A stretch of DNA of 47,888 nt from a virus. Taxonomy: Duplodnaviria; Caudoviricetes. Both the position numbers and the translations under genes were made by a program. The DNA lies in the IMG/VR virus record IMGVR_UViG_3300012232_000005, positions 1-47,888 of that record; one strand, 5' to 3'. Shown piece after piece: positions 41,441-47,888 of this stretch (position 1 is its first letter; each line of letters begins with the position of its first letter). The notes under the pieces are model-generated. The model was given only the letters and a program-made list of their open reading frames with translations, was not told the DNA's origin and ran no database searches.

Positions 41441-42233
41441 CCCCGCCGAGTGGCCCACCGGGCAGCTCAGCGCCGAACCCTGGCTGAAGTGGCCCGAGGA
41501 GAAGCCCTCGGAGTACTACGCCTTCTGCGCGTTCCGCGACCTCGCCGGGGCCAAGTCCATCGACCGCGCCTACCGCTACATGCGAACCGGCGACCCCGAT
41601 TCGGATGTCCACGTCAAGGCCAACTGGTCGTGGCGGGCCTACTTCAAGCGGTGGCGCTGGCAGGAGCGGGTGGACGAGTACGAACGCTACCAGGAGCGCC
41701 GCCACCTGGCCGCGATGGACGACGCCACCCTCGCCGCCTACCGCGAGATGGGCGACCGGCACGCCCGCGAGGCGATGGCCCTCCAAGCCAAGGCCCTGGA
41801 GCGGCTTCGGGGCCTCGACCCGTCCTCGATGAACGCCGATCAGGTGCTCCGCTTCATCGTCCAGGCGGCCGCCCTCGAGCGGCTCGCCAGAGGCGCGTCC
41901 CTCCAAGACCTCCAGACCGCCCAGCGGGATTCGCCGCAGACCTCCGTCATCACCTACGTCGACGACTGGCGCGGCGACCAGCGCCGCCTGGAGCGGCTGC
42001 GCCAGGAAGGCTCGCGCTACGGCAACGGCCAGGGCGTGCTGCCGAGTGATGTGCAGCAGCGCAAAGCCGAGCAGGATGCGCCAGAAGAGGTGCCTTCTGA
42101 AGCACCTGCCGTTACGATTACCCGCGCGAGTGGTAAGCCTCAGTCCTCCGACGCGCAATCGTGGTGGGAAGCCCGGCTCGAGCGACCCATCGGCGACGAT
42201 CCCTGGAAGCCAGAGTCCGAACCAGGGCCGTAA
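41400..42233 (+). CDS. terS: Terminase small subunit (putative)
   Basis: EKPSEYYAFCAFRDL...WRWQERVDEYE; immediately upstream of TerL. Confidence 0.7.
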   Translation: MASPRKRTAPLRSDPAEWPTGQLSAEPWLKWPEEKPSEYYAFCAFRDLAGAKSIDRAYRYMRTGDPDSDVHVKANWSWRAYFKRWRWQERVDEYERYQERRHLAAMDDATLAAYREMGDRHAREAMALQAKALERLRGLDPSSMNADQVLRFIVQAAALERLARGASLQDLQTAQRDSPQTSVITYVDDWRGDQRRLERLRQEGSRYGNGQGVLPSDVQQRKAEQDAPEEVPSEAPAVTITRASGKPQSSDAQSWWEARLERPIGDDPWKPESEPGP

Positions 42234-43509
42234 CTACAAGCTCCCGCTGCCCCACGAGGGGCAGATGAAGGTGATGGCCGCCCGAAAGCGGTTCACCTGG
42301 CTGTCCGCCGGTCGCCGGTGGCGCAAGACCACCCTGGCCATGATGCTCTCCGCGGAGTCCGCCATCCGCGGGGAGCCGATCCTGTGGGGCGCCCCCACCT
42401 TCGGGCAGTGCGAGATCGGCTGGCGGGAGTTGCAGCGGGCCTGCGGCGGCATCGCCCACTTCGCCCGCAACCGCATGGAGGTCACCTTCCCCGAGGGCGG
42501 GACGGTCACCTTCCGGTCGCTGGACGACCCGGACAACGCCCGCGGCCTCACCGCCTCCGGCGTGGTCATCGACGAGGCCCCGCTGATCCAGGAGCGGGCC
42601 TGGTTCGAGGTCATCCGCCCCATCATCTCGGACACCGAGGGGTGGGCCTTCTTGATGGGCACCCCCAAGGGGAAGAACTTCTTCTGGCGGGAGTTCGTCA
42701 ACGCCAGGGACAGGAACGACAGCGTGGCCTTTCAGGCCCCGACGCTGGGCGTCCGCAAGACCCCCTTGGGCGGCCTCGAACGGGCGCCGCACCCCTTGGA
42801 GAACAGCCACTTCAAGTTCGAGGAGGCCGTGAACCTCCACCACAGCATGACCAGCCGCACGTTCGATCAGGAGTTCCTCGCCCGCTTCGTGGACGACGGC
42901 GGCGGGGTGTTCCGGCGGTTGGGGGACGCGCCGCTGGCGAAGGAGCAGTCGCATGCCGCACCCGGACACCGGTACGTGGTGGGCGTGGACTGGGGGAAGT
43001 ACAACGACTTCACCTGTTTCTGTGTCCTCGACATCACGCCCCACGAGCAGTCCGCGCCGTTCGGGCACCGCGTCCACCGTTTCGACGTGTGCCACCTGGA
43101 TCGTTTCAATCAGATCGACTACACCGTGCAGATGGGACGGCTGAGCGCCCTCGTCGAGCGGTTCCGCCCCGAGATCATCGTGGCCGAGCGGAACAGCATC
43201 GGCGACCCGCTGATCGAGGTCATGACCCGCATGGGCCTCCCCGTCTGGCCCTTTACCACCGGCAACGCCTCCAAAGCGTTGGCCATCGACGCGGTGGCGC
43301 TGGCCCTGGAGCGGGGCCAGCTCGGTCTGCCCGATAACCAGATCCTGCTCGACGAGTTGTCCGCCTACGACGCCGAGCGGTTGCCCTCCGGGATGCTGCG
43401 CTACAGTGCGCCCGAGGGGATGCACGATGACACGGTCATGGCCCTGGCGATGGCGGTGTGGGGCGCAGCGGCGCCGCAGCGGCAACCCATGAAGGTGCTG
43501 TGGGGATGA
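42046..43509 (+). CDS. terL: Terminase large subunit (start uncertain)
   Basis: PHEGQ, AGRRWRKTT (Walker A), VVIDEA (Walker B), MGTPKG, GVDWG, HDDTVMALA (nuclease). Confidence 0.93.
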   Translation: MMCSSAKPSRMRQKRCLLKHLPLRLPARVVSLSPPTRNRGGKPGSSDPSATIPGSQSPNQGRNYKLPLPHEGQMKVMAARKRFTWLSAGRRWRKTTLAMMLSAESAIRGEPILWGAPTFGQCEIGWRELQRACGGIAHFARNRMEVTFPEGGTVTFRSLDDPDNARGLTASGVVIDEAPLIQERAWFEVIRPIISDTEGWAFLMGTPKGKNFFWREFVNARDRNDSVAFQAPTLGVRKTPLGGLERAPHPLENSHFKFEEAVNLHHSMTSRTFDQEFLARFVDDGGGVFRRLGDAPLAKEQSHAAPGHRYVVGVDWGKYNDFTCFCVLDITPHEQSAPFGHRVHRFDVCHLDRFNQIDYTVQMGRLSALVERFRPEIIVAERNSIGDPLIEVMTRMGLPVWPFTTGNASKALAIDAVALALERGQLGLPDNQILLDELSAYDAERLPSGMLRYSAPEGMHDDTVMALAMAVWGAAAPQRQPMKVLWG

Positions 43510-43513
43510 CGGC

Positions 43514-45664
43514 ATGAGCGCAGGCGATCTGATCCAGTCCATGCCCACCCCGTCGCAGCCTTCTGGCGGCGGGGACGGGGCCGCCGACGCCAAACAGGGG
43601 ATGCTGTCCGACATCGTGCAGCAGCTCCGGGACGACTTCCGCGAGCGGGACGCCCTCTACTCGGGCATCGACACCATCCTGTTCCAAGAGAACGAGGTGG
43701 CGATCCCGGACAACTACCGCAAGACGGCGCTGGAGGTGAAGTCGCCGCTGGCGCCGCACATCGCCAACACCGTCACCGCCGCCCTGTCCACCAACCCGCC
43801 CAACGTGCAGTTCGACCCCACCGGGTTCGGCGACCCGGCGCAGGCCAACTCCACCCTGCGGGAGAAGTTCTTCGAGGCGGCCTGGCGGCGGCAGGAGGAG
43901 GAGGCCCAACGCTCCATCTTCCGCCCCTTCATGCACGCCCTCATCACCAAGGGCGAGGGGATCATCAAGACCGTCGAGCGCAGCAAGAAGGCGTGGTCGA
44001 AGTACAACAAAGACCAGGCCAAGCTGCGCGAGATTCTGGAAGAGGACGAGGCCCTGTCCGCCGAGGATAAGGACAAGCTCTACGACAAGCAGACCGAGGA
44101 CTGGAAGAAGTCCCTGCCCTACCCCATCGCCTCGACGGACGTGCCCCCGGACACCTTCTACTACGTCAAGAACGAGGACGGGCTGACCTTCGCCTGCGAG
44201 GTCAAGACGGTGCCGTTCTTCGAGACGCTGGAGCGGTTCCAGGCGTCGGTGGACGGGAAGGGGAACATCATCGCCCCCTCGGACTACCGGGCTACCGGGC
44301 TGCCCCGTCACGAGTGGGCCACCGCGTTCGGCTCCACGGTGCCGGGGCGCAGCCAGTGGCAGGGTCGCGGCCGCGTGAAGCCGCTGACGATGGTGGAGGC
44401 GTGGGACGCCAATGAGGTCACGTACATCCTCTACGGCCCTGGCCAAGTCACTCGGGGTGGGAAGCGTCTTGGCCGCGGCACCGTGGTCAAGTCCTTCAAG
44501 CACCGCTATGGTGATCGCGTCACTGGGGCGCTCCGCGGCCCCTACTTTCATGCTCAGGGCATCACCACTCACAGTCGCCTGCCCGAGCACTGTGGCTTGG
44601 GGATTCTGTTCGGTTTCCTCGAGCTGTTTCCGATGCTCGATTCGCTACTCACTATTCAGGCAAATGCGGCTTTCCTCTATGGGTTTCCGGCGTTCAAGGA
44701 GACGCAGCCTCAAGGCCCGACCCTCCAGGGGCCGTTCGGGAACGACGAGGCTGAGGGTGAGACGGGCCGCACCCGGATCGAGCCGGGCACGCTGTATCCC
44801 CGAGATATTGCTCCGGTTGACATGCCACGCTCCGGGCAGGATCTAGAGAAAACCATCCAGTTCATCCGCGGCTTCATCGAGATGGCCCTCCCCAACGTGG
44901 TGTCGGGGACGGTCAACGCCGAGCAGTCCGGGTGGGCCATCACCCAGGCCAGCCAGCTCGCCCGCTTGGGGTGGCAGCCGATCATCGACAACGCCCAGTT
45001 CGCCCTCTCCCGGCGGGTGGGCTTCGAGTCCTGGCTGATCGAGAAGCGGGTGCGGGAGCCGGTGTCCGTCTGGGGGGAGACGCCCGCCAACTACTCCACG
45101 TCCCGCGCCCGGCAGGGGTGGCTGACGGTGGCCCCGGACGACCTCAACGGCGTCCACCGCTACCGGGTGGTGCTCCAGCCCGAGACGCCCGCCGACCGCA
45201 TCCAGCAGATCCGGACGCACAAGGAGCTGCTCAGCCTGCGCCTGGAGGCGTGGAACGACGCGGTGACGCAGTTGGGCGGGAACCCGGACGAGGTGGAGGC
45301 GGCCTGGCTCCTCTACGACATGAAGAACGATCCGGTCATCAAGGCCGAGCTGAAGAAGCGGACGTTCCAGGAACTCGGCATCATGGACGAGGAGTCCCTG
45401 AACAACGCCAACGCGGAAGCCCGAGCGGCTCAACCATCTGCGTCGGGAGGGCCACCCCGACCGCCGGGGCCGATGCCGCCGCCGCAGATGGGTGGCGGTT
45501 CGGCCCCCGGTGGTCAGCCGGGACAGCAGCCGGGGATGCCGCCCAACGCCGTGGCCATCACGCCGGGGTTACCCGGTGGTGGCGCCCCGATGGTGCCCCC
45601 GCCGCGGAACGCGCAGCCGATGACCGGGCCGGGGATGCCGGGGCCGACCGCCCCTCCACGCTAG
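43514..45664 (+). CDS. Portal protein
   Basis: 716 aa immediately after TerL, with helical content, an SGWAITQ motif and a Pro/Gln-rich tail as in podovirus-like portals. Confidence 0.8.
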   Translation: MSAGDLIQSMPTPSQPSGGGDGAADAKQGMLSDIVQQLRDDFRERDALYSGIDTILFQENEVAIPDNYRKTALEVKSPLAPHIANTVTAALSTNPPNVQFDPTGFGDPAQANSTLREKFFEAAWRRQEEEAQRSIFRPFMHALITKGEGIIKTVERSKKAWSKYNKDQAKLREILEEDEALSAEDKDKLYDKQTEDWKKSLPYPIASTDVPPDTFYYVKNEDGLTFACEVKTVPFFETLERFQASVDGKGNIIAPSDYRATGLPRHEWATAFGSTVPGRSQWQGRGRVKPLTMVEAWDANEVTYILYGPGQVTRGGKRLGRGTVVKSFKHRYGDRVTGALRGPYFHAQGITTHSRLPEHCGLGILFGFLELFPMLDSLLTIQANAAFLYGFPAFKETQPQGPTLQGPFGNDEAEGETGRTRIEPGTLYPRDIAPVDMPRSGQDLEKTIQFIRGFIEMALPNVVSGTVNAEQSGWAITQASQLARLGWQPIIDNAQFALSRRVGFESWLIEKRVREPVSVWGETPANYSTSRARQGWLTVAPDDLNGVHRYRVVLQPETPADRIQQIRTHKELLSLRLEAWNDAVTQLGGNPDEVEAAWLLYDMKNDPVIKAELKKRTFQELGIMDEESLNNANAEARAAQPSASGGPPRPPGPMPPPQMGGGSAPGGQPGQQPGMPPNAVAITPGLPGGGAPMVPPPRNAQPMTGPGMPGPTAPPR

Positions 45665-45677
45665 GCGAGGTAGCTCG

Positions 45678-46337
45678 ATGGCGATGATGCCCGGTCGTCC
45701 CCCGCAGGCCCAGAACCCCCTGCTGGCGGGGGCGCCCCCGCCTGGGGTGCCGATGCCCATGCCCCAAGGCCCGCAAGGGCCGCCGCCTACCTCTCCCACA
45801 GTGGGCGGCGGCGTCCCTCCGGGGGTTGGTGGCCCTCCCGCCCCCGGTTCACCGGGCGCCGGTGGGCCACCTCCCGGACAACCCCCCGTCCCGCCTGGTC
45901 AGCCCCATCAGGGGGTGATGGCCGCGCTCAAGCAGGCCGGGATCTCGCTCCCCGAAGATCCCGCCTTGGAGCAGCGCGACCTCGGTCGGCGCAGCCCCCG
46001 CGGGTCGGACACGCACATCTACGAGGCGGTGGCCACCGACATCGCGGAGTGGCTGAACACCATGCCCAAGCTGCTCGCCGCCGCGATGCGGGGCGGCCCC
46101 CACAAGCAGGGGCCGTTCAAGCACCCGGCCACGGGGCAGCAGAAGTTCGACATCTATAAAGGAAGGCTGTTCAACGACGACGGCACCCCGAACGTGCCGG
46201 GCCGCCAAGAGCTGCTGAAGAAGATGACCCCGCAGCAGTACGCCCAGGTCGTCCACATCGTGACCAAGCAGATGCGGCGCGAGAACGGCGAGATGGAGCC
46301 GACCCCGAAGGCCACGGTGGAGGAGGTGACCCAGTGA
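45678..46337 (+). CDS. Pro/Gly-rich hypothetical virion protein
   Basis: SD gagg; lies between the portal and the ejection genes. Confidence 0.7.
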   Translation: MAMMPGRPPQAQNPLLAGAPPPGVPMPMPQGPQGPPPTSPTVGGGVPPGVGGPPAPGSPGAGGPPPGQPPVPPGQPHQGVMAALKQAGISLPEDPALEQRDLGRRSPRGSDTHIYEAVATDIAEWLNTMPKLLAAAMRGGPHKQGPFKHPATGQQKFDIYKGRLFNDDGTPNVPGRQELLKKMTPQQYAQVVHIVTKQMRRENGEMEPTPKATVEEVTQ

Positions 46338-47888
46338 GCGGCGGTGAGTGGTGGAACGAGGACTCGCCAGGGTCGCAGCAGACGGGGATCGGGGACTACA
46401 ACCCGGCCCAGACGGCGCAGGCCCAGAACCAGCTCGACGGGACGACCACCTACGAGCCGCCCGGCACCCAGTCCCCGATTGACCAGTACAACTACATCCC
46501 CGACCCCAACGCCCCCGGCGGCTACCAGACCTACGGCCCCGGCGTGGCGGCCCCGGCGAACATCGCCGCCTACTCCAACAACAGCGGCCAGTACCCCAAC
46601 GACCAGTCGATGGCGAACTCCATCGCCAACGCCGAGGCGTACGTCCCGCCGACCGTGGATCAGATGGGCTTCGCCGGGCTGAACCAGAACGACCAGTCCA
46701 CGTGGATCGGGCAGTACGGCCAGAACGCCGCCCAGTACCAGTACGGCCTCCAGAACGGGCAGTACCAGCTCCCGCAGGGCACCGAGGGGTTCCTGAACCT
46801 GCCCCCCGGCGAGCAGGACACGTGGTACGGCACCTACGGGGCGAACGCCCCGATGGTGTGGGCGCAGCAGTCGTCCATGAACCAGGGCGGCAACGGGATC
46901 GGTCAGGGCGGCACCCTCGGTGCGATGGGCCTCAACTCCAACTTCTTCGGCAACTACCCGTCCAACCAGGGCGGCGGCACGGTCGCGCCCTCTACGCCCG
47001 GCACCATCGGCGCAGGCACCGCGGGCATCCAGTACGGCTACGGGGTGCCCTACTTCGGGGGGCCGCAGCAGCAGATCAACGGGGCCAACCTGGCGGGTCT
47101 GGCCGACCCCAACCTGTCGCCTGGGTACATCCCAGGCTCGGGCACCTACAACCAGTTCAACCTGGCCAACGGGCAGCTCTTCGGCAACATCGCCGGGGTG
47201 CTCTCCAACCTCAACTACGGCGTCGGCGGCCCCGGCGACCCGACCAACGGCACCGAGCCGCAGACCCCCGACCAGTGGATTCAGGGCGGGAAGCTCTTCA
47301 ACTGGCAGGGGAACATGGGGACGGCGGCCACCGGGACGCAGGGGTTGGACTACATCGCCACCCTGTTCGGTCGCTCCGACACCCCGTCCGGGATCGGGAC
47401 GCCCGCGTGGAACGCCCCCAAGCAGTTCTGGGACGGACTCGGACAGGCCATCGCCCAAGGGAAGGTGCAGCCCACCAACCGCGGGTGGGCCGCGCTGCTG
47501 GCCAAGGGGTACACCCCGCAGCAGCTCGGGGGACAGGCCGTCGCCCAGGCGCAGTCGGTGGGCGTCCAGGCCAACGGCCAAGGCTCCTCAGGGGGAGGCG
47601 GGACGGGTACGGGTGGGGCGAACGGGCCGATGGGCGCGGGGACGCAGGCGTTCAACCAGCAGGCCGCCTACCTCGACTACCTGACGGCCATGATGAACAA
47701 CGTCCAGATCCCCACGATGCAGAACCAGAACCAGCAGTTCCACGACGAGCTGGCCTTCAACCAGGCCAAGCAGAAGTTCCTCGAGGAGTACCAGAACAAG
47801 GTCTTTGGGGAGGGGCAGCGGCAGTTCGACGTGAACACCGGGCTGCAAGCCGGTCAGCTCACCGGGATGTACAACGGCCAGGAGACGC
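46334..47888 (+). CDS. 5' part of the junction-spanning G/Q/N/Y-rich putative ejection protein
   Basis: SD ggaggaggtg and GTGA overlap. I read the frame MSGGEWWNEDSPG... without a stop to the window end; it continues into 1..584. Confidence 0.85.
   Translation, partial: MSGGEWWNEDSPGSQQTGIGDYNPAQTAQAQNQLDGTTTYEPPGTQSPIDQYNYIPDPNAPGGYQTYGPGVAAPANIAAYSNNSGQYPNDQSMANSIANAEAYVPPTVDQMGFAGLNQNDQSTWIGQYGQNAAQYQYGLQNGQYQLPQGTEGFLNLPPGEQDTWYGTYGANAPMVWAQQSSMNQGGNGIGQGGTLGAMGLNSNFFGNYPSNQGGGTVAPSTPGTIGAGTAGIQYGYGVPYFGGPQQQINGANLAGLADPNLSPGYIPGSGTYNQFNLANGQLFGNIAGVLSNLNYGVGGPGDPTNGTEPQTPDQWIQGGKLFNWQGNMGTAATGTQGLDYIATLFGRSDTPSGIGTPAWNAPKQFWDGLGQAIAQGKVQPTNRGWAALLAKGYTPQQLGGQAVAQAQSVGVQANGQGSSGGGGTGTGGANGPMGAGTQAFNQQAAYLDYLTAMMNNVQIPTMQNQNQQFHDELAFNQAKQKFLEEYQNKVFGEGQRQFDVNTGLQAGQLTGMYNGQET
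47766..47888. repeat. Terminal direct repeat, copy 2
   Basis: Identical to bases 1-123. Confidence 0.97.

Noticed and set aside
39245-41458. 737-aa ORF suggesting a long N-terminal extension on the C5 methyltransferase
   Set aside because: The extension is the antisense of the ParB-MTase gene. C5 motif I begins right after 40003.
1-47888. Stop-codon reassignment / alternative genetic code
   Set aside because: Genes tile densely under the standard code and end in TAA, TAG and TGA.

Overview
This window appears to be a complete, circularly assembled genome of a high-GC tailed dsDNA phage. Bases 1-123 are repeated exactly at 47766-47888, giving a unit length of about 47,765 bp. The plus-strand arm runs from 40004 through the junction to 21368. 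It encodes a ParB/N4-N6 DNA methyltransferase, TerS, TerL, portal, three large putative ejection proteins, scaffold, HK97-type major capsid, a collagen-like fibre, putative tail adaptor and nozzle proteins, a tail spike with an S74 chaperone, an M23 endolysin and holin candidates. The ejection proteins are a 671-aa junction-spanning protein absent from the ORF track, a 2440-aa polyvalent protein with two ADP-ribosyltransferase-like domains, and an NlpC/P60 + lytic transglycosylase protein. No tape measure or tail tube gene is visible, so the virion is probably podovirus-like. The minus-strand arm (21343-40003) holds early/replication genes: C5 methyltransferase, SLOG protein, ParB-like protein, SWIM finger, two HNH-like proteins, an annealing protein, a split primase-helicase with an adjacent palindromic origin candidate, VRR-NUC and many small hypotheticals. 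I recognised no integrase, DNA polymerase, reverse transcriptase or CRISPR array. The most unusual signals are: a 67-nt D-armless RNA that looks like a stand-alone tmRNA tRNA-like domain with alanine identity; 11-bp-phased C(A/G)G arrays upstream of all three leftward promoters; a shared C-terminal LP[DQ]Y motif on the three ejection proteins; and apparent avoidance of GGWCC, CTGCAG and GGATCC. All calls come from reading motifs by eye, with no database searches.
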